A stretch of 64,000 nucleotides of DNA, from NCBI RefSeq assembly GCF_009914755.1, contig NC_060928.1; one strand, given 5' to 3'. The notes below the pieces were generated by a model. The model had not been told where the DNA came from. It made no database searches and saw nothing but the letters and a program-made list of their open reading frames with translations. The translations under genes were made by a program, and so were the position numbers. Each line of letters begins with the position of its first letter. Position 1 is the stretch's first letter. The DNA is from the human T2T-CHM13v2.0 reference genome, Homo sapiens. Below are positions 39,725-54,325 of this stretch, piece after piece.

Positions 39725-41137
39725 GAGTGTGTCATACTGGCATAAGGATAGATATATAGATAAGTAGAATAGAAGTGAGAGTCCAGAAATCAGCCTTGAT
39801 ATTTACAGTGAATTGATTTTCTACAAGGGAGTCAGGACTATCTAAAGTGATCATTCTTTTCAACAAGTGGTGCTAGAATAATAGGTTGTTCACATGCAAA
39901 AGAATGAAGTTGGACCCCCCCACCTCACACCATATAGAAAAATTAACTCAAAATGGATCAGTAACCTAAATGTAAGAGCTAAAACTATAAAACTCTTAGG
40001 AAAAAACACAGACATAAATCTTCATGTCTTTGAATTAGGCAATGGTTTCTTAGATATAATATGAAGTGCTCAAGAAACAAAAGAGAAATAGATAAATTGG
40101 ACTTCATCAAAATTAAAAGCTCATGTCCATCAAAAGACACTATCAAGAGAGTTAAAAGATAACTCACAGAATGAGATAAAATATTTGCAAATAATATATC
40201 TGGTATGAGATTAACATCCAGAACATATAAAGAGCACCTAAAACTCAGTAACAACAAAAAACACACAACCCAATAAAAAAAATGGGCAAAGCACTTGAAT
40301 AAACGTTTCTCCAAAGAACATATACAAATGGACAATAAGCACATGAAAAGATGCTCAACACAACCAGTCATTAGGAAAATGCATATCAAAATCACGGAGG
40401 GATATTCCCTTCCCACCTACTAGGGTAGCTATAATGAAAGAGATGGACAATAACAAGTGTTAATGAGGATGCAAGGAAGTTGAAACCCTCATACATTGTT
40501 GGTGGGAATGCAAAATGTTTCAGCTGCTGCAGAAGACAGTTTGAGCAGCTCCTCAAAAAGTTAAGCATAGAGTTAGCAAATAACCTAGCAATTTCCACTC
40601 TCTTGGCTATATACCATTGAACTGGAAACACAAGTCCACACAAAAACTCACTCTAAATGTTTGTATCAGCATTATTTGTAATATCCAAAAAGTGGAAACA
40701 ATCTAAATGTCTGTCACCTGATGAATGGATAAACAAAATGCAGTATAGATCCATACAATGGAGTATTATGCAGTCTGTAAAGAAGAATGATGTACTGATC
40801 CATGGTACACCATGGATGAACCTTGAAAACATTATGCTCAATGAAAGAAGCAAGTCACAAAAGACCATATATTATACGATTCCATTACTAGGAAATATTC
40901 AGAATAGACAAATGCATAGAGACCAGAAAGCAGTTTAGTAGTTTCCAAGGACTGAGGGGAAGGAGCAATGGGAAGTGACTGTTAATGAATGTGAGTTTCT
41001 TCTTGGAGTGATAAAAATGTCCTGGAATTAGATAGCGGTGATGGTTGCATAATTTTGTGAATATACTAAAACCACTGGATTGTACACTTCAAAAGGTGAA
41101 TTTTATGACATGTGAAATTTATCTCAGTTTCTTAAAA
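39725..41137 (+). mobile_element. L1MB (L1MB7/8-like) 3' fragment: ORF2 C-terminal remnant plus 3' UTR
   Basis: cacaccatatagaaaaattaactcaaaatggatca...aaaaaatgggcaaag...catgaaaagatgctcaaca. ORF 40657-40938 (ALFVISKKWKQSKCLSPDEWINKM...WMNLENIML) resembles the L1 ORF2 C-terminus. Ends gtgatggttgcata...gtgaatatactaaaaccactg. Confidence 0.92.
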
Positions 41138-41359
41138 TGAATTAATTTTCTTCAAAATTACCTGGGGATCTGTATTTGAAATAAGTCCCCAAGATGATTC
41201 TTAGGCACACTGAGATTGGAAAACCACAGCCATAACTATCTCCTTTGTATCACTTCATATCCTCTGAAAATTCTAAGTATCTAAAATCTGTTAAAAAAAA
41301 AAAAAACTAAACAAAACAAACAAGTCAAAAATAGGCAACCCAGGGCATTGAAAGTGACC

Positions 41360-41990
41360 ATTCATTGAACAAATGTTTAGCTGCTGCTTGCTGTGTAGCA
41401 GAGCAGGCTGGGCTCAGTGAGCTAGACACAAACCCCATTGTAAAAGCATTAGAGTCCAGGAGGGAGGCAGACATGCAAATAAATGGTTGCAATACAAAAA
41501 GACACCTGTGACATCTGCTTCAATGGAGACGAGTCCAGAGCAGAGCAAGGTTGATCAGGAGCTCCAAAGCCAATCCAGTGGAGCCAAAGGGTGAGGCAGT
41601 ATTTGAGTTGAGGCTCAAGAGCGGGAGACCAAGGAGAGAGTATGAGACACGGGCAGGAGGAACAGCAGGTGCAAAGCCACAGAGCTTTAGGAGCACCTGG
41701 TGTATTAACGCAACTGCAAGAGGCTGAAACAAAATGCCCAAGGGCAAGAGGTGGGAGAGGAAGCAGAGATTTACATTTTGTGTGCATTGAGAAGCCACTG
41801 GAGAATTTAGAAAAATTCTGCACCACCCCTGGTTTGGGAAGATGAGTCTGATGGCGGGGTTGGAGATTGGAGAATTCCAGAGGGCTGGAAGGCTGGTGGG
41901 AAGAAGGCTTTGTCTCAAGTGCTGAAGCCCCAGACTAGGAGAGTAGAAGGGAGAAGAGGAGAGAGATTGGTTCTATACCTGTTTAGGAAG
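41360..41990 (-). mobile_element. L2 fragment
   Basis: cattcattgaacaaatgttt...atttgagttgaggctcaaga...gaacagcaggtgcaaagcc...ttgagaagccactggag. Confidence 0.65.
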
Positions 41991-42019
41991 AAGAGCATAT
42001 AGTCCCTGGGGACAGACCA

Positions 42020-42170
42020 AATGCACCATAGGACCTTTAACAGCATCCCTGGCCTCTACTCACTAGATAGGAGTAGCATTTCCCCGGTTGTGAAAACAAA
42101 AATAGCACCAGAGATTGCCTGGAGGGCAAAATCCGGGGGGACAGAATCTGTTCCAGTGGAGAACATTGGC
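42020..42170 (-). mobile_element. MER20 fragment
   Basis: agcatccctggcctctactcactagat...ggttgtgaaaacaaaaat...ccagagattgcc...gggcaaaatc. Confidence 0.75.
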
Positions 42171-42859
42171 CTAGATTAACTGAATCCTGCCGCGGAATAT
42201 GGTCCCATTGCCTGCAAGGTGAACCTTTTGTGTGAGGTGCATTTGTGTGCCCACGTGATAGGGAGCTGGGATTCCATTGAGCTCACAGATCTGCTTGTGT
42301 GACCCTTTTGTACTCGTTTGCCAGTAAATGTCTCTGTGTGAGGCAAAATCTGGTCTGAGGCTTGCTTTGATTATGAGGTTGCTAGGAGCAGACCTGTAGT
42401 CCTTCCCTTCCTCTAACAGTTGGAAGATCCCATTAGCTACCAAATAGATCGTAATTGTGAACAACCAACCTGACTTTGGTCAGTTGGTAGCTGAGTTGTC
42501 AAAGATGATTTGTCTTTTCTGGCTGGACCAGCGATGCCATTCCTGAAACAGGGGATCCCAAGGGAGTGCCCATGGCCAAGGGCAGGAGGGAGGATGCAGT
42601 GGAGCCAGCCCTGAGACCAGGAACTTTTAGAACATACAGAATGGATTTCTTCTGGGTTTCCCAAGTGATTGGTTTACAAGAATTATCACCCCAAAATTTT
42701 GGGCCTGTGATGACCACAAAATGACCCAAGCATAGTTCTGCCAAACTTTGAGGCCTAGCAGATCTCCTCCACAGAGAGCTCCACTCTGATAGCCATGGTG
42801 CATGGGTAACAGTCTCAGAATGTCTGCCAGGACCTTAGGGAGAGCTCTCGTGTCACCAT

Positions 42860-43618
42860 TCACAACAGTTCTGCACCCCACGTTAGTTCTAGGTCTAGAA
42901 TCTGTCCACCTCTATGCCCTCACTGCTGCCATCCTGGTCAAAGTTACCACGCTCTGCTGCTTGGACTTGTGCAATAGCCACCTAACTGATGCTCTAGTTC
43001 CTTTTTTCTTCCCCTGTACCCTGTTCTCCACACAGCCACCAGAATAATTACTCGTGAGTAAATCTATCTTATCATCTCCTGACGAAATTCCTTCAGCGGC
43101 CTCCCCTTGCATTTAGAATAGTTCCCCTGTCCTTACAGGTTTTATAAAGCCCTTCAAAGTCTGGCCCCGAACCTCATTCAACCCTTGCCTCTCCATTGAA
43201 CTCCAGGCACCGTGGCTTCCTTTTTGTTTCTAGAATATGCTTAGATCTTTTCCTCCAAAATGCTTTAGATGTTAATGGTCCCTTTTCCAGGTCTTTCTGC
43301 ACCTGGCTTAGTCTCACCCATGAGGCTTAGCTCAGATGATACTCTTTCAGAGAGGCCTCGCCTGCCTTCCCTTTCTACAGCAGCTTCTGGTGTCCCCACC
43401 CACACCGTCGCAGCATCTTCTTACTCCATTACCACCACTTTCTCCACGGCAATTGTTTTTGTGATGATCGATTGCTTGCTTCCTGCCTCTAAAAGACAAG
43501 ATTCTTGCAAGCAAGAGATTGCCCTGGCTTTGGTCAGCATGTCATCTCTGGTGGCTAGCGTAGGGCCTGAAGTGTCCCAGGTGATAAATTGATACTTGGT
43601 GAAGAGATGAATGAACTA
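42860..43618 (+). mobile_element. L2 3' fragment
   Basis: gaatctgtccacctctatgccctcactgctgccatcctggtc...gcaatagccaccta...ctccacacagccaccaga...gatgaatgaa. Confidence 0.72.
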
Positions 43619-44852
43619 AAGTTTTGTTTGTGCCAGAGTGAATCCATCCAAGTTGTTATTGCACAATGATGGCCAAAACGAGATCTTTTTGTATCCCTGT
43701 CTTCTCTATCAATCAAGAGCTTTGCCTTCACCAAGCACTGTAAGGGCCTAATTACAAGTCTCTAATCATGTGGACCCCTGCTCTCTCGCTAAAGAGTGGA
43801 GATGTCCGTGCTTAAAGGCAGGTCCTGGCTCATGAAGCTGAACTTCTCAAAACTTGCTTCTGTTCTCCTTTTCTTTCTCTTCTGTCTTCCCTCCCTCTTT
43901 TTCTCTCTGGCTTGTTCCTGAAAAATTATGTGTTAATTGAATAGTTTAACATCAAATGCTTCTTCCTGTTAACTTGCAGAGTAGCTTCAGAAGCCTCGTG
44001 ATTCTGTTCTAAAGGCTCTGATTGGCCACACTTTAGCCGTTGGCCTCTTTGTGAAATGATTAATGATCAGTAAACAAACACTTACACAGAACAGTTAAAG
44101 CACCTGCTATTTAGAGGTCCCTTTTGGTGAATCCTTTTTGTAAATGGAAGAACTGTCCAGTTTATCTCCCCTGTAAATATGGATTTTCCTATTTTGGAAG
44201 CCTTGTTGGCTACAACTGCCCCATTTATAGGAATCCAAGATGTGCTGCTATCACCTCTCTGTCCTTTCACCTGAATATTCCATTCAGTCATTCAACATAT
44301 CTTTACTGAGCACCTACTATGTGCCACAGATATTAACAAGACAGCCTCAATGATGCACCTCCTGGCAAAGGAACTGACAAAATGATGATCACAATACGAT
44401 GTGATCTGAGGAGAGGCCCCTAAGCCCCAGGAGATCAGGGAGTACTTTCATGATAACCCTTGAGCTGTTTGGGGGAAGATGAGTGGCAGGTAGCCAAGCA
44501 GATGGTAGGTGAGGACTCAGAAAGGGTAAAGGACCACCATGTTCAAAGGCACAGAGATCTGAAAGAGTGGCCTTTCAGAATGATTTCAGCCAAGTGTGGA
44601 TACGAGTGCAAAGGGGCTGAGGCTGGGGGATAGCAGCACTGTGTTACCACATAGATGATTCAGGCATTTATTCTTAAGGTGATGGAGAACCACTGACAGG
44701 TGTTACAGAGGACACGCGAAAGACCATGAACAAACCTGCTCTGTTAAAATATTACTTGGACAGCTCCTGTGGAGAACAGATCAAAAGAGGGGTAGGGTGA
44801 GTGGCAGGGATACCTGTTATAGGTATCCAGGTGAGACATAATGAAGCTTGAG

Positions 44853-45553
44853 CCAGAGATTTTTATCCTTGGACAAAGAAGCACCCAGAGAAGGGGGTCT
44901 GTATTAGTCAGGGTTCTCTAGAGGGACAGAACCAATAGGAGAGATGTATATATGAAGGGAGTTTATTAAGGAGTATTGACTCACATGATCACGGGTGAAG
45001 TCCCACAATAAGCTGTCAGCAAGTTGAGAAGCAAGGAAGTCAGTCCCCAAACCCCAAAAGTAGCGAAGTCTACTGTGCAGCCTTCAGTCTTAACTGTTGT
45101 TAAGTCCAAGAGTCCAAAAGCTCAAGAACTTGGAGTCTGATGTTCTAGGGAAGGAAGCATCCAGCATGGGAGAAAGAGGAAGGCCGAAAGACTCAGACCA
45201 ATCTACTCCTTCCACATTAGGCCAGTCTAGTCCTTCCAAATTCCTCTGCCTGCTTTTATCTTAGCTGTGCTGGCAGCTGATTAGATGGTGCCCACCCAGA
45301 TTGAGGGTTGGTCTGCCTCTCCCAGTCCACTGACTCAAATGTTAATTTCCTTTGGCAACACTTTCACAAACACACCCAGAAACAATACTTTGCATCCTTC
45401 AATCCAATCAAGTTGACACTCAATATTAACCATCACAGGGTCTCACTGGGCTTTGGAGAATCTAGAAATTTTTGTGTGAAAATGTATTTGTGTGTGTTTT
45501 CCTGAAAAGTGAATACATAGCTTTCATCAAAATTCAGGGGGATCCATGACACT
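44853..45553 (+). mobile_element. MER103C-like MITE split by MLT2A
   Basis: cagagatttttatccttgg...gggggtc [LTR] ...aaatttttgtgtg...catagctttcatcaaaattcagggggatccatgac. Confidence 0.6.
44900..45437 (-). mobile_element. ERVL (HERVL) solo LTR, MLT2A1/MLT2A2
   Basis: tgtattagtcagggttctctagagggacagaac...gcatccttcaatccaatcaagttgacactcaatattaaccatcaca; perfect 5-bp TSD GGGTC (44895-44899 / 45438-45442). Confidence 0.92.
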
Positions 45554-47309
45554 GAACTAAGGCCATGGCAGTGAGGATGGTGAATCAAATGCAATGGGAG
45601 AGAGATTTAGAAAGAGTCACTGGGAGTGTGACAGATGGGATGTGTGGGGAGAGGAGAGGGAGGAGACGAGACCAAAGGCCAGGCTTCTGGTTTGAGCCAT
45701 GACTGGGAGAATAATGTATCTTTTACCTAGAACCCTGGAGAAAGCAGAGTTTGAGGCTGAGGAAGGAGAGGGGGAGGAGATAAATTATTTATTCATTCAA
45801 TTATTTATTAAGCCCTCACTCTGTTTCAAGAACTGTTCTAGGTGCCAAGGATTCAGCTAAATAAAGAAACATATTCCAGGAATGGTAAACAGACAATGAA
45901 CACATTCATGGAAGGAGGTGATAATTGCTTTGAAGAGAAATAAAGCAGGGTAAGGGGATGGAGAGTGACAGTGATGGGGGTAGTATTTTAGATAGGCTGA
46001 TCAGAGAAGCTTCTGTGAGCAGCTGACATGTCTGCAGAAACCTAAGTGAAGTGAAGGAGAGAGGTTTGTGGCTGTCTGATCTGAGGCAATAGCATTACAG
46101 GCAGAGAGAACAACCAGGCCAAAGCACTGTGAAAAAAGCATCCTTGACTTACTGGAAGAATAGCAAGGACGCCAGCTTGGCTTGTGCAGAGTGAGTCATG
46201 AGGAATCTAGATGATGAGGCAGAGAAGGGAGCTAGAGGCTAGGTCACTTAAACCCCAGAGCCTTGAAGACCATAGCAATAATTATTGATTTTCTTCTAAA
46301 TGCAATGAGGAAGCATGGGAAAGCATTAAGTAGGGAGAAAGATTCACTTCAGTTTGGGGCATTTGAGTTTGAAAGGGTGTACGAGACATCCAGGATGTGG
46401 GGGGTTGTACAGCAGACAATAGATAAGAACCCCACAAAGCGATGAGGACTTAGGGTACATTTATGAGAATCATCATCATAGAGATGGTAGTGGAAATCAT
46501 GGGTGTGGACGGGTTTGACCAGGGATGTTGCAGAGTATGATGAGAAGAGGAGAAATTCCAGGACACCAGCAGTTAAGGGGTAGAGAAAAGAGGAGGAATT
46601 TATGAAGAAGCTTGAAAAAGAGTGGTGAGAGAGAAAGAAGGAGAGCTAGGGACAAGGTAGGCATCAAAGTAGAGGGGGGAGTTTTTGAAGGAGGTCAGTG
46701 ATTTCAGAGGCTGCAGAGAGGGTAAAATAAGGACTAAAAAAGTATGCGTACTTGTCACAGTCTATAAGGTAGTGCAGAGGGATTGGATGTAGGAAGATTA
46801 CAGTGGGCTAAGGAATAAATGACTAGTGGTGAATCAGGGTAGACGTCATCCCTAAATGATAAGCCTGGTCCTGACACGAATGTGTACACTTTCTGGGCCG
46901 ACCCATTGGGCTGATGGCCAAGCTGCAGGCTCGGTTAGCTGGAGGACAGAACCAAAATGTCTTATGCCAAGTGGTAAACTGGTGGGCAGATCAGGAGGCT
47001 GCGATCATGGGGCCTGTGTAGACTAATGAGGAAGCAAAACCAGGAAGATTCTGATAAGGGGAGCAATGGAAGAGTAGAGGTCTGAAGTTCCTGATAAGCC
47101 TGAAGTATGGGCAAGGTGGAGAAAGAGGGTTGGGGGACAGCTGGGAGAAAAGGAGACTGAGGTCCAGGTGAAATATGGGAGTTATGAATTTGAAAGGTGA
47201 AGCAGAGAAAAGCCAAGGGTGTGGTTTTAGGAGAAGATGGGTAAAGTGGAGCAGAGGTGATGTTCACTGGCTTCAAGAAGAGAAGAAATAATTCCATTAA
47301 GGTAGGCTA

Positions 47310-48205
<896 letters not shown>

Positions 48206-48914
48206 GACATAATCCTCAAAGCAGTTTTTGCAGGAAGGTAGAAGGATGTGGACGGTGAGACAGGACACAAGGGCCTCAGCCTCTTTTGGACTGAGTCACA
48301 TGGGGCCCAGTAGAAGCAGTGGCCCAATGACAGACCAATGAGAATAGTGCGTGCTTGGTTCAGAGATGCTGATGAAGGATGCCATACCTCTGAAGTCAAT
48401 AAACTCTAAGAACTAAGATCTCCCAGAACAAGATAAGATCATTACGAATGGTATTATTTGGCAATGTAGGCTCGAGTCACAACGTTCAGGAATCATAACA
48501 ACAAAGTAATCAATCAAACACTCTTTTTTTGCATAAGAAGCAAGGTCTGGCTTAAATTTAGCTCTGTCAAAACATGACAAAATCTGCCAGTGCAGTGGCG
48601 TGAATCCTGACTCAGTTTCTTTTACACGGCCTTCATCTTCAGTCTTATGTGAGCAGAAAAGGTGGATGTCTATTTTTCCCTCTTAGTGTAAATTTTATTT
48701 GATTTTTTTCCCTTTTAGAGTCCTTGTTATCTTTCCCCCCCAATATTTTATTTTCCTCTATTTCATTACTGTGCTGTGTGAAATATGCCTGAGCACCATG
48801 AACCTGGGGACTAGATACTTGAGATGAGTTTTAAGAATGAAGGCAAGGAAGAGCAGGTCTTAGGTTTCCCAAACACTGCGGGGAGTGCTCCTGGAGTTTG
48901 CAAGTGCCCTGCAT

Positions 48915-49340
48915 GGCAGATCAATTGTTGTTCCAAACACCGATTTCCATTTCTTCCTAAGAATGCAAAGAGATTGTTTTCCCAGCCTCCTTTGCAGTTA
49001 GGTGTGATTCAATTTCAGCCAAGAAATGTGGAGGCAGAAGTAATATGTGTGTTCTCCAGGCCTGACCCATGAAAACTTACCACATTCAATTCTGTCTTGC
49101 TTCCCCAGCTGTAGGCTGGATGTGAATGCCAGGGCAGCATTGGAAGCCACTTGTTGTAGATGGCAGAGACTTGCTCATTTTGGGAGCTGTGTGACTACAT
49201 GGAGCAGAGAGGTCCTTTCCATCTATCCCATGCTCAGTTTGTTAGACTTTATGCAACAAGAAGGGAACATTTACTGTGTTAAGCCTTTTGGACTTTGGGG
49301 GGTTGTCTGTTACAGCAGCTTGCATTACATTAACTACACC
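48915..49340 (+). mobile_element. Old MaLR LTR, MLT1J-like
   Basis: ttttcccagcctcctttgcagttaggtgtg...ttggaagccacttgttgtagatggcagag...gtgactacatggagcagag...gttacagcagc. Confidence 0.7.
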
Positions 49341-50282
49341 TTGCTCTAGTGCATCGTTAGATGATCAACCCTTGGTGATGATTGGATACCTGTGTTCATT
49401 TATAGTTTGCCTTTGGAGCCAAACCAAGTTGGTGATTTCATTTTCTTTTTCCATGGAGGCCTAGCTTAGTGTTTTGAAAATAAGTTTTTTTAGTTCTGTT
49501 TTCATTTTAATTTGCATTTTTATTTTCTCACCATTGTTGAAAAAAATACGCTCCATAGTACATCCTGCTTTCCAACCACCCGCCCCGAGTCCACGCCAGT
49601 GATATCTACCAAAAGACACTTCATAAATACTGCTGAGCTGATTGCTGATTTCACTTTAAGAAATTATGTTTTCTCACTTTGGGAGGTCCTCTACTTAATT
49701 TACAACTGAGACATGCCAAGTGTTAGTGGAAATCCCCAGTGATTTTAAATAAAAGTGACAATTACCACACATTGGCATTGCAAGATGCCAGGCACTGTGC
49801 TAGACCTTTCATCTATTTTATCACAAATTGAATAATCTTGCAAGTGAGGCATTAGTATATCATTTTAGTGATTTGAAATGGAATCTGAAAATAACTACAG
49901 GATATACCAAGGTCACATAGCCAGGGATTGGTGGAGCCAAGATTCTGACTCAGACCTGACTGGCTCCAAAGCCTGTTCTTGATCCATTTGTTTCCCAAAT
50001 GTGTGTTTCTCAGTTATCTTATGTCTGCTTGTTCCTTTCTCTTTCTTTCCTTCGATGCCAATTTTACTGGCTCTACACATTGACTGGTTAAGACAGTGTA
50101 CCCTGAATTCAACCAGGACCACTTAATTTTAACAGAGGAAACAGAACTCAGTCTTTTCAGTGCAGGGAGTTGAGGCCCACCTTGATGGGTATTAGAATAT
50201 ACAAATATTTACATAATTCCTCTGGCAAACATATGAGCATGCAATCCTCACTATTAATGAACAACAGCAAAGGCATCACCTA

Positions 50283-50696
<414 letters not shown>

Positions 50697-52214
50697 TCAT
50701 GCCTTGCACAGGCCTGAAACTTGAGATATGTACATTGAATGAATGCTGAGTTAGCATGTTTACATTTGAACACAAGTTCTATTAAAAATGAGTGCCCACC
50801 CTAAGTAACTAAGAGCAAGTTGACCACAGGCTAATACAACTTATTTTACTTGGAGGCAAGCTTGAGTATGGAGAAGAGTGGAAGAGGCACGGATTGGTTT
50901 TTATGAGGTGGTCATTTTAAGGTTTACTGAATTGCAACAAATATGTTGGTCATGTTTCAGGCCTACAGACATTTGGCACTCAGTCTAGTTCCCCTTCTTC
51001 CTTCGGGCAAGTTTCTGAACTCTTTGGGAATGAAAACCTGCCTAAGGGCTTGAGTTGGTGCTGTGAGTCCCAGTCGGGCTAAAAGGACTGGCTCTGAAAT
51101 TTAGGTTAAAATCTTGACCCCATCACCAGCTAGCTCTATGGCTTTGGGCAAGGGGCTCAGGTTGGCACATTTTTCTCAGCACAGAAATAATATTACCACT
51201 ACCACAGGATTATTTAGTGAATAGCCCCTGTAAGTGAATCCTGTAAGGTATTCAGCATAGTCCTTGGCACTTAAGAAGTGCTTAGTGACTGTGAGCCACT
51301 TCTTCCATCGCCTCTGTGTATTGAACTGGACTTTTCATCCTGGCCCCTCACTAAGATTTTAACTCATCTAGTAAAGGAAGCCTTCTGCCCTGGGTGCTGG
51401 GATTGGCACCATAAAGAATGGGTCTTGCCCTTGAGGAGCTGAGAGTTTATTTTCAGCATTTAAATATTTAGACTCACAAGACGTTGAGCAAGTGATTTCA
51501 CCTCTCTGTGCCTGAGTGTGTGGAAGGTGAACAGTAAGCAACCTTCCAACCCAATGTGTCCATGAGTCTTAATGTTGGCTGGAACTCAGCTACAGACAGA
51601 AGGAAAGAATGATTAGTCACTATGCTGGTAAACATAGCAAGGTTATCTCCTTTTATTAATAGACTAGGCTACGCAAGTCACAAAAATAGGGTAGCTTCAA
51701 AACTTAAATTCTTGGAATTTTAGTTTCTGTTGCATCTGATGAAACGTGAAAAGGGACTTGTGTTGTGTATGGACTTTGTAAAATGATCTTCTATCTCTTG
51801 GTGCAAATCAATTACTTATTAGTTTTTATTGCCAAGGAAAGGAAAATATATTACCATTCATTTTAGTCTTTTTCTTATCGATTCTGTGAGCACAGTGATA
51901 GTTGTTTAAAGAAAAATGATTACATTTATTTGTTCACTACAAAAGACCTATACCACATTATAGAAAATTCAAAAAGGGAAAAATCAGAAGAAAAAAGAGC
52001 TTTCCACACTAGTCAGCAACTGTTGGTGTTTAAGTGTTCTTTCATTTTTCTTCTGAATATTTTTGCATCGAGTATTGCATTTTCACTAAACACTAAGTAA
52101 TAAACATTTACCATATTCGTACATGGATTTTATAATGATTTTGAATTGTAGAATAATATTCCCATGAGGGACATCTGGTTCCTTTGACCATTTTCCTACT
52201 CTTGTCTTGTTAGA

Positions 52215-52460
52215 AGGCAGCAGAGCAGGGTTTCCATGGGATGTGGTACCAGGGCTGGGTTGAGACGTGGCTCTCTCATTTCCTAGCAGTGTGACCTCGG
52301 TTAGGCCACTGAATCTCTCCAGGCCTAGATGTCCTCATCTAGGAAAATACAGGCTATATTAGTTCCAATCTCGTCAGGTCATTGTGAAGACTACATGAGA
52401 TCATGTACGTAGAAAGCTCACGAGTATCTGGAACGTCGTCGAGTTTGCTGATGTTAGTGG
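52215..52460 (+). mobile_element. MIR
   Basis: ggctgggttgagacgtggctctc...ctagcagtgtgacctcggttaggccactgaatctctcc...tcctcatct...attgtgaagactacatgagatcatgta. Confidence 0.7.
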
Positions 52461-53484
52461 CTGCTGCTACGTAGCCTACATTCCAATCTGACGACTGGTT
52501 TGATTTTTATAAACATCCTCCAAGAAAATGCACGTGGAATACCAGGCCATGTCATTTCATCTCTCATGTCACTTTATCTTTTGAGATCCTCATTTGCAAA
52601 GTGAGATGGTCAGACTATACAGTGTGACCCCAAAGGCCCCCTTCCACCTCCAACGACGGTGATTCTTGGCTTATGCTAAAAGCAGCTATAACCACTGCAG
52701 GGAAATGACCTATGGAAACCACAGCCTTGCCCATGAAGAAGGAAACCTGCAAGGGCCTGAGGGCTTGTGCACATCAGTTTATCTTTTAGTCCAGATAAAC
52801 ATTTGACATTTGTTCCGACACCTTCCTTCCAAGGGCTTCTCACAGTTCAGTCTGTGTGCTTCTCAGATCTCCATTTTTCAAATGGGTTCAGCAGCCGGTG
52901 CGCTCATCCAAAGTTTTATTTATCCATTCCACATTTCTAATGTCGCTTCGCTGCTGTGATCATTTTCCTATGTGGTCATTTAAGGAAGATAAATTGAACT
53001 GCAAATCTCAGTAGAATAGGCATTGCTCTTAGTCATTCCCCAAGGGACAGAGAAGATTTTTCTCACTCTTAGCACCACCTGCTTGTGCTCTCCCTATAAT
53101 CTCCCAAGAGGAGTTTTTAATTAAAAAAAAATTATTTGGACAGCAGAGTAGTTGGGTGAGTTGCCTCCCTGGTCCATGCACTGTTACCCCTAACATTCAG
53201 ACTTCTCAGATCCCAAAACCAGGTGCTGAAAGGGACTGAACTAATCTCACCTTAGGATCAGAGGTGCCCCTGCCAAGAAGCAGATGTCATTAGCATAGAA
53301 CTGACAGCCACAAAAGCTTCCCACCCACCACCTCTGGCCTTCTGTTCCCAGAAAATTTCAGTGGCGTCAGCTTTCCCATCCAGAGAGCCTCTCCAGTGGG
53401 CACATTAGACAGGAAACATTAGGATGGAGAAGAAGCCTGGCACACAGGGACATCCACTGGGATGCAGAATACAGCGTGAGTTTT

Positions 53485-53800
53485 TGTTTCTTTGGTGTTT
53501 TCGGCTTTTTTTTTTTTTTTTCCAAATGGAGTCTCGTTCTGTTGCCCAGGCCGGAGTGTAGTGGTGTGATCTCGGCTCACTGCAGCTGCAGCCTTTGCCT
53601 CCGGGGCTCAAGCGATTCTTTTGCCTCAGCCTCCTGAGTAACTGGGATTACAGGTGCCCACCACCACACTTGGCTAATTTTTGAATTTTTAGTAGAGACA
53701 GGGTTTCTCCATGTTGGCCAGGCTGGTTTCAAACCTCTGGCCTCAAGTGATCTGCCTCCCAAAGTGATGGGATTACAGGCATGAGCCACCGCACCCAGTC
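53485..53800 (-). mobile_element. Alu (old S or Jb-like) with small indels
   Basis: T-rich tail, gagtctcgttctgttgcccagg...gattacaggcatgagccaccgcacccag; approximate TSD cagc(g/a)tgagt at 53472 and 53801. Confidence 0.94.
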
Positions 53801-53809
53801 CAGCATGAG

Positions 53810-54325
53810 TATTAAGGTTAAGTATGTGGGCTCTGGATCCAGGCTGCCTAGATTTGAATCCTTGCACTGTTTATTCTGCGTGACCTTAGGTAGGTTATTT
53901 AACCTCTCTGTGCCTCCATTTCCAAAATGAGAATAATATTAATAGAAGAGCTTTTCATAAGGCATGTGAGGATTACATGAGTTAGCACATGTAAAAAAAC
54001 ATAAAACATGGCTGGCATATCCCAAAGGTGTGGTAAACAGGAGCTCACACCATGAGTGATTGAGGACTATGTGCTCAATGAGTGAATCCCATCCTTTCTG
54101 TAAGGGGCAGTCAGTAGTAGTAGGAAGAGCGTGGGTTTTAAGGAAAGACCTGAGTTTGCATATCACCTCCAGTTTGTGTTTAACTTTAAATAAATTCTAG
54201 ACTTCCCATACCCTCAGTGTCCTCATCTGTTAAATGGGAACACTTTCTCTACCTTCGAGGCTGACTGTGAGGACTAAATGGAAGTATGTATTTTAAAGGC
54301 TCAACACAGTGCCTAGCACATAATC
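53810..54325 (+). mobile_element. Two tandem MIR copies
   Basis: gggctctggatccaggctgcctagatttgaatcc...gtgaccttaggtaggttatttaacctctctgtgcctc and cctcagtgtcctcatctgttaaatggg...cacagtgcctagcacata. Confidence 0.78.

Larger units (their letters stand above)
44280..47300 (-). mobile_element. Long L2 remnant(s) carrying nested MER103C, MLT2A and a second L2
   Basis: cattcagtcattcaacatatctttactgagcacctactatgtgcca start; second L2 3' end at ~45787 (atttattcattcaattatttattaagc); ttcagtttggggcatttgagtttga continuation at ~46348. Confidence 0.7.

Noticed and set aside
39985-40938. ORFs with L1 similarity
   Set aside because: Fragments of a dead L1MB ORF2 and its antisense; frameshifted and lacking the endonuclease and reverse-transcriptase domains.
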